In this document: positions 50,495 to 59,472 of the stretch, piece after piece
Numbering within the stretch: position 1 is the stretch's first letter
Layout: each line of letters opens with the position of its first letter
DNA from: Promethearchaeia archaeon
GTDB taxonomy: Archaea; Asgardarchaeota; Lokiarchaeia; Sigyniarchaeales; SOKP01
Assembly (NCBI GenBank): GCA_029856145.1
Contig: JAHQWK010000001.1
Span: 192,001-256,000, forward strand
DNA: 64,000 bases
Direction of reading: 5' to 3'
Notes under the pieces: generated by a model
The model's database searches: none
Told to the model about the DNA's origin: nothing
The model's input: only the letters and a program-made list of their open reading frames with translations
Translations under genes and position numbers: made by a program

Positions 50495-52225
50495 TTAACC
50501 AGATCTTAAAACCTTTTTATCAACTTTTCCAACTGCGGTGAGCGGGAGCTCTTCTGAAAACTCTATCAATTTGGGAACTTCATATGGCGATAAATTCTCT
50601 TTTGAAAACTTTAATATATCTTTTTCAAGAACTTCCTTATTTCCATCAAATTCAAAATCGGGATTAATTTGTATAAATGCTTTGACGATTTCAGAACCAG
50701 GTCTATCTGGGTTTGGAATACCAATTAATGCAACTGACCCAATAGCAGGATGTTTAACTAGACTATCTTCAACCTTGGCAGAAAATACTTTAAATCCTCC
50801 AACGATAATCATGTCTTTGGTGCGGTCAACAATCTGAATATAACCATCCTCATCCATTATTCCGATGTCACCACTATGCATATAACCATCTTTATCTATA
50901 GCTTTAGCTGTTTCTTCTGGTTTATTATAATATCCTTGCATTACCAATACACCTTTTACACAAATCTCTCCAGGCTCTCCCAATGGAACCAGCTCATTAG
51001 TTTCAGGGTCAACGATCTTTAGATCGACATTTAAAATTGGTACTCCTACCTTACCTAATTTTTTCTTACCTATAGAGGGATTCATTGTTGCTACGGGTGA
51101 TAATTCTGTCATTCCATAAAGCTCTAATAATTTGCCTTCTCCTACTATACTTTCTAAAACTTCTTGAGATTCTTTTGGAAAGGGAGACGCTGCGGAAATG
51201 CATATTTTCAAATTTGTGTGATCTAATCTTTTAAATTTTCGAAAATTAATTAAAATTTGATACAAAGAAGGTACATTAACTAGGACTGTTGGTTTATATT
51301 TTTTCATTTCATTACAAATTTGTAATGAATCACGAGGATTAGCAATTAAAACTTGACTCCAACCCAAGGCAATAGCACCTTGACATACAGTTAAACCAGC
51401 AATATGAAACATAGGAAATCCTGATAATAAAACTCCTTTTCCCTCTTCCCATTGAAGCCATTTAATGATCCCTTTCATATTTGAAACATAATTTCTATGA
51501 CTCAACATTGCACCTTTGGGCGGGCCTGTGGTTCCACCAGTATATTGAATCCAGCCAATATCATCCGGAGTTATATCAACTTTTGGTAAATCAGTAGAAA
51601 ATTTTGTCAGTACATCGTCTTGAAAATTGTAAACAATCTTTCCTTCTAATGGAGTGACCTCCCCAGAGGGGATTTCTCTAACTGCTTTAATTTTTGCTTG
51701 ATCTTCTTTAGAAAATGAACCGATTACACTTGTAGCTACCACTACTTTTAGTTGTGGTAATTGGTCAGCGACATTTTTCAAACGATGTTCAAAAATTGCA
51801 TCAAGCGTTACTAAAGCAACATTTTTACCTCCTTTTCCAAGATCATCTAATTGATAATGCATTTGAACATCGGAGAGTAGAGGGCTAACACCTGAAACAA
51901 CACATCCGGCTTTAAGTGTACCTATAACTGAATATACATATTCTGGAATGTTTGCTAAATTAATTCCTACTACATCCCCCTTTTTGAACCCATTTTCAAT
52001 CAACATATTTGCAAATTGATTAGAATATCTATCTAACTCACCATAGCTGATTTCTAATCCCTGAAAAGCAAGTGCTAAATTATCGGGATACTTATCAAAC
52101 ATTTTTTGTACCAGTTCAGCAAATGTAGTCTCAAATTCTTTCGGGTCAAGATCTTCCAATCCAGGATCCCAGCTTTTTTTCCAAAATCTGCTTTCATACG
52201 GATTTGACATGTTAAAATTACACAT
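50495..52225 (-). CDS. Long-chain acyl-CoA synthetase (AMP-binding)
   Basis: QYTGGTTGPPKG, YGMTE, GDIG, DRTKDMII, GKVDKK; likely start ATG 52210. Confidence 0.95.
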   Translation of the reverse strand: MCNFNMSNPYESRFWKKSWDPGLEDLDPKEFETTFAELVQKMFDKYPDNLALAFQGLEISYGELDRYSNQFANMLIENGFKKGDVVGINLANIPEYVYSVIGTLKAGCVVSGVSPLLSDVQMHYQLDDLGKGGKNVALVTLDAIFEHRLKNVADQLPQLKVVVATSVIGSFSKEDQAKIKAVREIPSGEVTPLEGKIVYNFQDDVLTKFSTDLPKVDITPDDIGWIQYTGGTTGPPKGAMLSHRNYVSNMKGIIKWLQWEEGKGVLLSGFPMFHIAGLTVCQGAIALGWSQVLIANPRDSLQICNEMKKYKPTVLVNVPSLYQILINFRKFKRLDHTNLKICISAASPFPKESQEVLESIVGEGKLLELYGMTELSPVATMNPSIGKKKLGKVGVPILNVDLKIVDPETNELVPLGEPGEICVKGVLVMQGYYNKPEETAKAIDKDGYMHSGDIGIMDEDGYIQIVDRTKDMIIVGGFKVFSAKVEDSLVKHPAIGSVALIGIPNPDRPGSEIVKAFIQINPDFEFDGNKEVLEKDILKFSKENLSPYEVPKLIEFSEELPLTAVGKVDKKVLRSG

Positions 52226-52403
52226 TTTTTATTTATTAAATCCAATTCAAATTCGAATTGTGATATTAAATAAGCTATATTTTATTAAAAAGGTTTATCA
52301 AAATTTTTTATTCTTTCAATCCCAATAAGAATTTTCTATAAAAATGTTTTATTTCTATAACTATTTGAATCTATTAAAAAGAATAATAATAAAAAAAAAG
52401 GGA

Positions 52404-54116
52404 TTAATTTTTTCGTAAAAGTTTTTTATCTACTTTTCCAACTACCGTAAGTGGCAATTCTTCTGTAAATTCAAACAATTTTGGAACTTCATATGGTGCG
52501 CATTCTTTCTTAGCAAATGCTAAAATCTCTTCTTTTAAAGTTTCTTCATTATCGTATTCATAATCTGGCGCAATTTGTATTACAGCTTTAACAATTTCAG
52601 ATCCAGGTCTATCAGGATTTGGAACGCCGATAGTGGCTATCATTTCAATAGCAGGATGCTTTGTTAAAGTATCTTCCAATTTTGCAGAGAAGACTTTAAA
52701 TCCACCAACAATAATCATATCTTTTGTTCGATCTGCAATTCTTACATACCCCTCTTCATCCATAATTCCAACATCACCAGTATGCATGAAGCCATCTGAA
52801 TCAATAGCATTCTTAGTTTCTTCTGGTTTGTTATGGTATCCATCCATAACCATCGGGCCTTTAATGCAAATCTCTCCGGCTTCGCCTAAAGGTACTTTTT
52901 CCCCTGTGTCAGGGTCTACAAGCTTAAAATCTACATTAGGGAAGGGTAGACCAATATGTCCCAGTTTTTTATTCCCTCTTGAAGGATTGCCAATTGTTAA
53001 TGGTGAAGTTTCAGTCATTCCATATAATTCTATGAGTTTTCCTTCACCAATTACACCTTCAAATATCTCCTGTGATTCCTTTGGAAAAGGCGCTGCTGCG
53101 GATATTGCATAATCAATCATATTTCTGCCGATTTTTTTGAATTTTGGATTCTTTATCAACATTTGATACAATGTAGGTACGTTTGCCAAGACGGTGGGCC
53201 TATATTTTAACATTTCTTTAATAATATGGTTAGTGTCTCTCGGATTTGGTATTAAAATCTGACTCCAACCTAACATTATTACATTCGAGCAAGTAAATAA
53301 TCCTGCTATATGGAAAAATGGGAACCCTGACAATCCAAAGCCTGTTCCAAATTCCCAGCTAAGCCAATGCTGAAATATTTTTATATCTGCAACGAAATTT
53401 CTATGACTTAACCTCGCTCCTTTTGGGGGTCCAGTAGTACCACCAGTATATTGAATGAATGCAATATCTTCTGGATTTATTTTTACATTTGGTAATTCAT
53501 CAGGATATTTGCCTTTGATTTGTTTATGATATTCAAGCACAATTATTCCTTCTAATGGAGTAACTTTCCCCTTAGGTATCTTCCCTACCATTTTTCCTAG
53601 CTTTGCTAACATTTTCGGCATGAATCCGCCAACTGAGGTTGTAATAACAAGCTTTAATGATGGAATTTTTGTATAAATCTTAGTAATATGACCTGCAAAA
53701 ATAGCATCCAAAGTAAGCAAAGCAACTTGTTTTCCTCCAGCTCCTAAATCGTTTAATTGATATTGTATCTGAACAGCCGAAAGAAGTGGAGAGACACCTG
53801 AAACGATAATTCCTGCTTTTAAACCTCCCAAAATTCCAATTATATATTCAGGAATATTGGCGGTATTTATTCCAAGAACATCCCCTTTTTTAAGTCCATT
53901 TTCAATTAACATATGAGCAAATTCGTTTGATAACTTATCTAATTCTCCATACGTAATTTCTGTTCCATAAAAAGCAAGCGCTAATTTTTCAGGGAGTTCT
54001 TCAAATGCTCTTCTAGCAATTTCAGTAAAAGAAGCTTCGAACTCTTTAGGATCCAGATCCTTAATATTTGAGTCCCATTTTGACTTCCAGAACCTATCTT
54101 TATATTGTTTTGACAT
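52404..54116 (-). CDS. Long-chain acyl-CoA synthetase (tandem paralog)
   Basis: Same motifs as 50495..52225; collinear along the whole length. Confidence 0.95.
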   Translation of the reverse strand: MSKQYKDRFWKSKWDSNIKDLDPKEFEASFTEIARRAFEELPEKLALAFYGTEITYGELDKLSNEFAHMLIENGLKKGDVLGINTANIPEYIIGILGGLKAGIIVSGVSPLLSAVQIQYQLNDLGAGGKQVALLTLDAIFAGHITKIYTKIPSLKLVITTSVGGFMPKMLAKLGKMVGKIPKGKVTPLEGIIVLEYHKQIKGKYPDELPNVKINPEDIAFIQYTGGTTGPPKGARLSHRNFVADIKIFQHWLSWEFGTGFGLSGFPFFHIAGLFTCSNVIMLGWSQILIPNPRDTNHIIKEMLKYRPTVLANVPTLYQMLIKNPKFKKIGRNMIDYAISAAAPFPKESQEIFEGVIGEGKLIELYGMTETSPLTIGNPSRGNKKLGHIGLPFPNVDFKLVDPDTGEKVPLGEAGEICIKGPMVMDGYHNKPEETKNAIDSDGFMHTGDVGIMDEEGYVRIADRTKDMIIVGGFKVFSAKLEDTLTKHPAIEMIATIGVPNPDRPGSEIVKAVIQIAPDYEYDNEETLKEEILAFAKKECAPYEVPKLFEFTEELPLTVVGKVDKKLLRKN

Positions 54117-54375
54117 TTTAATTCATTGTTTTTTTTTTAATTTTAAAATTACAAGATTGATATTATACGTTACTTATTATAAAGTTTGATTTTACATTTC
54201 CTTCATATTACATAATTCTGAACTAAAACATAAAGACATTTTCGTCGGGAATAAAGTATGGTTATAACCTTATTCTTTTCATTTTTACTTTTAATCACCC
54301 CTCTCCGTCTTCATGAAACAATTTTACTTTTAAAAGAATGTTTCTTCTTGTAAAAAGAAATGATATTACTTACCT

Positions 54376-55200
54376 ATGGAGAAATTACATATATTTCAGA
54401 AAATTGTCGGCGTATCTTCGTTTTATTTTGAAGAATCGTTACTTCATGTGATGAATTTGAATCAAACAGGATTCACATTATATAAAAGGAACAATAATAC
54501 TTCCCTCATTTCAAGTGGGGATGGCACGTTAGATGAGTTACTTTCTGGGGGCTTTCATCAAGATTTAGTGTATTTGCTCTATGGAGATAAGAAGCTAACG
54601 ACCAATATTTTATTAACTACGGCTGTTATTGCCCAAAAAGCTTTTAACAATGGAGGGCTTGGAGAAGGTATTAGAGTTGCCTTTATCGATGGAAATAATC
54701 GGTTTAATCCTTATAATGTAAGTAAGTTTGCGGTTTCCCAGAATTTGTCCCCTCGGAAAGTGTTAGAAAACATCATGATCTCGAGAGCGTTTACATGGGA
54801 TCAAATGGTCGAGATTTTGGAGAATAGACTTTCCGCACTTGAAGATGTGAAAGTAGTGTTAATCTCTGGGATTACAACTCTGTTTGAAGGCTATGAGAAA
54901 CAGACTTTCGAAGATCTACTAAGAACTATAGACGGAATTAAACAAATACTCTGGAAAACAAATCCCCTCATTATTATAACGGCACCTTTACACGAACATT
55001 CTCTTTTTAGACCGAAGGGTGGAAAAATTCTTTCTCATTTTGGAAATGTGTTAGTGATGATAAATGATGATGATCGGTATGTAGAATATGTTCTCGTCCA
55101 ACACCCATATCTTCCAGAGAATCGGTTGTTAAAGTGGAAATCTCGTACACCCAAGAAAAAAGTTCCTTTAAAGAATACAACATTAGATTATTGGTTTTAA
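54376..55200 (+). CDS. Inactivated RadA/RecA-fold protein (PolB2-associated, ImuA-like)
   Basis: SSGDGTLDELLSGG, Walker A replaced by YGDKKLT, FIDGNNRFNP, ISRAFT, Walker B VLISG; C-terminal NTTLDYWF PIP-like; likely start ATG 54451. Confidence 0.85.
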   Translation: MEKLHIFQKIVGVSSFYFEESLLHVMNLNQTGFTLYKRNNNTSLISSGDGTLDELLSGGFHQDLVYLLYGDKKLTTNILLTTAVIAQKAFNNGGLGEGIRVAFIDGNNRFNPYNVSKFAVSQNLSPRKVLENIMISRAFTWDQMVEILENRLSALEDVKVVLISGITTLFEGYEKQTFEDLLRTIDGIKQILWKTNPLIIITAPLHEHSLFRPKGGKILSHFGNVLVMINDDDRYVEYVLVQHPYLPENRLLKWKSRTPKKKVPLKNTTLDYWF

Positions 55201-55205
55201 ATATA

Positions 55206-55628
55206 TCACCAAAAGGCTTTTTCAAATTTATCGATAGTGTCCTGTAAACTATCTTTAATATGCTTTTCAAAATCAGTAAAAACACTTATATCATTATCCC
55301 AGTTATCAAGCATCTCTTTTGGATATAGATTAAAGAATTTATTTACAATACTCTTTATTTCTTCTTTAACTTTTTTCTCCTTAGTCTTTTTAGAGGAATT
55401 TACAATAAAAGATAATCCATGCTGTTTTGTGATAATATATTTTTTATCTTTTAGCTCAAAATTAGATAAACCTCCTCTTTCTAATTCTTCTGCTAATAGG
55501 TTTAAAGCGGACAGTAATGCACCAATTAACTGGTCATCAACGTTTCTATCAAAAACACGATGATATAAGACAGCGCCAGCATCATTTAATATCCAAATAT
55601 CTTGTATTACCTTTTCCACAGAAATCAC
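55206..55628 (-). CDS. Stand-alone longin-like domain protein
   Basis: IWILNDAGAVLYHR...DDQLIGALLSAL...LSNFEL...FFNLY...W-D-SVF-DF. Confidence 0.8.
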   Translation of the reverse strand: MISVEKVIQDIWILNDAGAVLYHRVFDRNVDDQLIGALLSALNLLAEELERGGLSNFELKDKKYIITKQHGLSFIVNSSKKTKEKKVKEEIKSIVNKFFNLYPKEMLDNWDNDISVFTDFEKHIKDSLQDTIDKFEKAFW

Positions 55629-55718
55629 AGATTATTACATTCAAATTAACTATTAAGTTAATTAAAAAAAAATATATATAAAATATTTAATGTTTAGTTT
55701 TTAAAAAACTAGTATTTA

Positions 55719-56450
55719 TTATTCACTAGATCTCGGTCTAATATATCCATAATATGCTCCAAAAATTCCAGCAATGGCAGAAACCCACGCTAAGTAATAG
55801 AACACTGTAAATCCAGGGCCTCCTAAAAATACAAATACTCGATCTATTGCAAAATTGAGAAAGATCAACATAAAGCTAAATGACATAATTGCTAATGATA
55901 AAAATGCTTGTTTATATGCTTTCTCCTCTACAGCTCGATAAGATTCTATTGCTCTTCGTAGAAAAGGGGCATACACCATAACCATATAAATAAATACAAT
56001 CAAGAACGCAAAAACATCTAAAAAATCATTATTATTTTCATAGATTAATAAAACATAGACACAACTAAATAATCCATAAATTGATACGATAATTTTTTGA
56101 ACTGTGTTATATCCCTTTTCAAAAACATTCACCTTTAATATGTAAGATAAGAAAATAGCAATTGTTACAAGGAATTCGCTTAACCTAAAATCTTCTACTA
56201 TGTTATACAAATATGCATTTATAGAACCATCTTGTACCACACTTAGCTGTGTCACTACAAAAACTTTTGATAACCAAGAAAAAACAATTGCTAAAAAGTA
56301 GCCGAGAAAAATTAATAAAAGTAAACGAGTTAAGTTATGACGTTTAATGAAATATTTCTTTAATATCAGCACAAGCAAAACTGCAGCGAAGATTAATATA
56401 AAGGATTCAAAGATCATACCAATAAAATTTAAATATATATTTTCAACCAT
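55719..56450 (-). CDS. 7-TM membrane protein
   Basis: Seven hydrophobic segments, N-out/C-in by charge; no soluble domain. Confidence 0.75.
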   Translation of the reverse strand: MVENIYLNFIGMIFESFILIFAAVLLVLILKKYFIKRHNLTRLLLLIFLGYFLAIVFSWLSKVFVVTQLSVVQDGSINAYLYNIVEDFRLSEFLVTIAIFLSYILKVNVFEKGYNTVQKIIVSIYGLFSCVYVLLIYENNNDFLDVFAFLIVFIYMVMVYAPFLRRAIESYRAVEEKAYKQAFLSLAIMSFSFMLIFLNFAIDRVFVFLGGPGFTVFYYLAWVSAIAGIFGAYYGYIRPRSSE

Positions 56451-56793
56451 GATATATTATTATGAAAATCTGAACATTTAAAATTTTATTTTAAGAAATA
56501 AATATTAAATAACTGAAAAAAAGTCCAAGACTTATATCTTTCAGATAATAGGTTATAAAAGTGGAAACCTTGTATATCCAAGAAAAAAGCTCCTTTAAAA
56601 AATACGACATTAGATTATTGGGTTTAGTTTTCATTTCAACTGAATTTGTTTTCCGCGATTCATATAATTCAAGAAAACGTGAATTTATCTATATCATACT
56701 AAATAAATATATAAATGTGAATAGCTTTTAAATAATGTGAAATAATAGTCACTGTCATCTAATAAAAAAATAATTCGTATGATGTGAAGAATT

Positions 56794-57309
56794 TTGGACA
56801 TTAAAATTTTTAAAAAGACATTTAAATTTATCTGTGATGAATGTGGAGAATTTACACATACAAAATCGGAATATTGCGAAAATTGTGGGGCACAGGCTTT
56901 AAGGAATGCAACAAATGAGGATTATACGAGATATGAAAAGGAAAAAATAAGTGAAGTTAAAGAACTTCGGATAGAATCTGAGAAAGTTGAGGAAACTAGG
57001 CACGTTGCTGAGAGAGCTGAGAAGGTAGCTGAGAAAGCTAGGATGGTTGCTGAGAGAGCTGAGATAAAAGCTGAGAAGGTAGCTGAGAATGTAATTAAGA
57101 AAGCTAAGAATGCTGGGAAGGAAACTGAGAAAGCTGAAAAGATAGCTAAGAAGGTAACTGAGAAAGCTGAGAAGGCTGCTGAGAAAGCTGAGAAGGAAGT
57201 TAAGAAGGCTGTTGAGAAAGCTAAGGAGAAAGCAGAGAAAACTAAGAAGGCTGCTGAGAAAGCTAAGGAGAAAGCAGAAAAAACTAAGAAGGTGGCTGAG
57301 AAAACTTAG
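56794..57309 (+). CDS. Zinc ribbon plus Ala/Glu/Lys low-complexity helical tail
   Basis: CDECG...CENCG followed by AEK/AER repeats. Confidence 0.8.
   Translation: MDIKIFKKTFKFICDECGEFTHTKSEYCENCGAQALRNATNEDYTRYEKEKISEVKELRIESEKVEETRHVAERAEKVAEKARMVAERAEIKAEKVAENVIKKAKNAGKETEKAEKIAKKVTEKAEKAAEKAEKEVKKAVEKAKEKAEKTKKAAEKAKEKAEKTKKVAEKT
57201..57305 (+). repeat. 42-bp tandem repeat (about 2.5 copies) inside the AEK tail
   Basis: TAAGAAGGCTG(T/C)TGAGAAAGCTAAGGAGAAAGCAGA(G/A)AAAAC at 57201 and 57243, partial copy at 57285. Confidence 0.9.
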
Positions 57310-57415
57310 CTTTTTTGATAGTATAATTTGATTTATTTCTTCGAGGATTAGTGATAGTCTAGGTATTTTAGGAGATTTGTAGCATATAACTAACCTAAAA
57401 TGAATTTAGTCTTCT

Positions 57416-57826
57416 TCAATCTTTTTTTTTATACATATGGGGGTCATTTTCTTCTAAAATTAATTTGTCGCCTCCATACTGAATCTTTTTAGCTTGATAA
57501 TTAAGTTTAGTTTTCTCATCACAGATTTTATTCCATTCTTCTAATCCTAACATTTGGGTCATAACAGAATTATACACTTTGGAATTATGAGGCTTGAAAA
57601 TTTCAAAATTTCCAATAGGTTATAACATTTCACAAGGAAAATCTTCACATTCATAACAAAGGTCATGTCCTTTATTTGTAACACATACGTAAATTTTGCA
57701 CATTGGGTACTTGAGGATTTGACCTTCTAATTCTCGACACCCTTTACATCCGAAAAAATTTACGCCAGGGCACCTTTTACAATAAATTCCACAGGGACCA
57801 TGCCATTTTTTTAAGTCTTCAGTCAT
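57416..57826 (-). pseudogene. DUF3795-type Cys-rich protein with premature TAA at codon 69
   Basis: PCGIYCKRC...CKGC...CYECEDFPCEML*, then the same frame continues PIGNFEIFKPHNSKVYN...GLEEWNKICDEKTKLNYQAK...KKKD to TGA 57418-57416. Confidence 0.8.
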
Positions 57827-57917
57827 AAATTAGACATTAAGCATGGTTTTATTGTATTAAAATAATAAGTTTCAGTGTTATTTAATATTTTTTTTTTATT
57901 TTTAGGTAGTATTTAAA

Positions 57918-58058
57918 GTGAGTTATTTTGTATTTCCTAAGGGAGATGTAAAAAAATGTGAATTGTGTGAAGGTAATGGTATATTATATGTTTGGAGAAG
58001 TGATTAGGAAGATTTTGATTTGATAATATGTCCAGAATGTAATGAAAAAGAAGATTGA
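57918..58058 (+). pseudogene. DnaJ-type zinc-finger microprotein interrupted by in-frame TAG
   Basis: GTG start: MSYFVFPKGDVKKCELCEGNGILYVWRSD*EDFDLIICPECNEKED*; TAG at 58005-58007. Confidence 0.6.
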
Positions 58059-58072
58059 TCCATTAAATCTTA

Positions 58073-59041
58073 TCATTTTATGCCAAAGAGTTTAGCTGCA
58101 TTACTATAAAGCCATTTTTCTTTTACATCTTCTTTTAAAGGCAAATTTATAACTTCATCAGCCAGCTGTCTTATTGACATTCTCATAAAAAGCCAGGTGG
58201 AGCCAAATAGAATTTTATCTTGCAAGACTGAATTTCCATAATGGATGAGAGGTTCCCAACCTGTTCCTTTCATTCCAATGTATTTAGGTAGGTAGGAAGC
58301 GATATCAATATAAATATTAGGATTACGCCAAGCAACAGCAACCATTTCATTAACCCAAGGCCATCCTCCATGTCCCGCAATTATTTTTAATTCAGGAAAG
58401 TCTTGAGCAACAACATCAAGATAAATTGGTCGTTCTACTTCCATTGTATTAGTAGAATAATTTATAGATATATGAAACCATATAGGAATATCAAGTTCTA
58501 CACATGTAGAATAAATGGGATACATTTTTTTATTAGTTGGTGCCATTTGAAACATAAATGGTCTAATTGCAATCCCTCTGAGACCCAACTCATATGATCT
58601 TCTTATTTCTTGTATAGCTTTCTTTTTTTTTAATGGATCAATCCCAGCAAATCCAATAAATTTATCAGGAAAATGTCTCACTATTTGAGCATAATAATCA
58701 TTTGGAAGTCCAGCAATACCACTTGGTGTTTCTTCATCTAGATTGAAAATAACTGCCTTTTCTACACCCATTTTGTCAAGTTGAACAACAAACTTTTCAA
58801 TAGACATAGTTAACTTTCTTATTTTAGGTAAAAATGGTTTAATTGCTTCCTTAAGTTCGGAGGTACTTAGTGTTGATTTCATTTCATATAGCTCTTCTGG
58901 TGTAATACCTAAAAGAGGTGCTACTCTTGGACCAAAAACATCCTTAAGGTATCGTGCCATTTGAGGGGGTAATGAAACTAAAAGATCCACAAAGACTTCT
59001 TCAGTAGGCACATAGCAAAGAGAATCGATTATCTTATACAC
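58073..59041 (-). CDS. Amidohydrolase family protein (Amidohydro_2)
   Basis: NDY, FIGFAGIDP, PIWFH, FPELKIIAGHGGWPW, NIYIDIA, KILFGS, NAAKLF. Confidence 0.9.
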   Translation of the reverse strand: MYKIIDSLCYVPTEEVFVDLLVSLPPQMARYLKDVFGPRVAPLLGITPEELYEMKSTLSTSELKEAIKPFLPKIRKLTMSIEKFVVQLDKMGVEKAVIFNLDEETPSGIAGLPNDYYAQIVRHFPDKFIGFAGIDPLKKKKAIQEIRRSYELGLRGIAIRPFMFQMAPTNKKMYPIYSTCVELDIPIWFHISINYSTNTMEVERPIYLDVVAQDFPELKIIAGHGGWPWVNEMVAVAWRNPNIYIDIASYLPKYIGMKGTGWEPLIHYGNSVLQDKILFGSTWLFMRMSIRQLADEVINLPLKEDVKEKWLYSNAAKLFGIK

Positions 59042-59196
59042 ATCTAATCATCTCATAAATCCTATATAGTAATATTTTCGGAACTATTATTATTTTCCTT
59101 ATTAAAAAAAATCAGAAAATTTGTATTGCATTTTTGTTTTAATTTGCCGAAAAACTTTCTTTCTTGGATTTTTAATTAATATCAAAAGTGTAAGAA

Positions 59197-59469
59197 ATGG
59201 GAAGAACTGTACCCTCTTTTAGACCTGCGCTTGAACATGAAATTGAAAGCTGGAAGGACTTCAAAAGAGCATTACGTCCTGACGAGCAGAAAATATTTGA
59301 CAAGTTGATGAATTTCGCTCGAATACACGCGGATGCGGGTAGCATGAGCGCACGTCCAATGTTGTCGGAAGTATTGTTTATTTCCTTTGCAGTTGAACAA
59401 GAAAAAAAAATCGAGATGCTAGAAGAGAAAGTAAAAGAATTAGAAGAAATGATAAAAGGAATAGATTAG
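59197..59469 (+). CDS. Small helical PolB2-associated protein
   Basis: MGRTVPSFR...W-DFKRALR-DEQ-IFD-L...H; 3 bp upstream of polB2, matching the conserved partner gene of PolB2 loci. Confidence 0.85.
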   Translation: MGRTVPSFRPALEHEIESWKDFKRALRPDEQKIFDKLMNFARIHADAGSMSARPMLSEVLFISFAVEQEKKIEMLEEKVKELEEMIKGID

Positions 59470-59472
59470 AAA

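Noticed and set aside
57000-57305. Repetitive region as a CRISPR array
   Set aside because: Repeats are in-frame coding units with no unique spacers and no cas genes
57416-58058. Stop-codon recoding (Sec or Pyl) to explain in-frame stops
   Set aside because: One stop is TAA; TAG terminates intact genes here (e.g. 15857, 59469); I saw no in-frame TGA at a Cys position and no pyl/sel genes
54396-59150. Shared TCAGAAAATT and TT(G/T)TCGGC words upstream of the radA-like gene and the polB2 operon as a damage-response box
   Set aside because: Short, AT-rich, and inconsistent in spacing and orientation; indistinguishable from chance without a genome-wide scan
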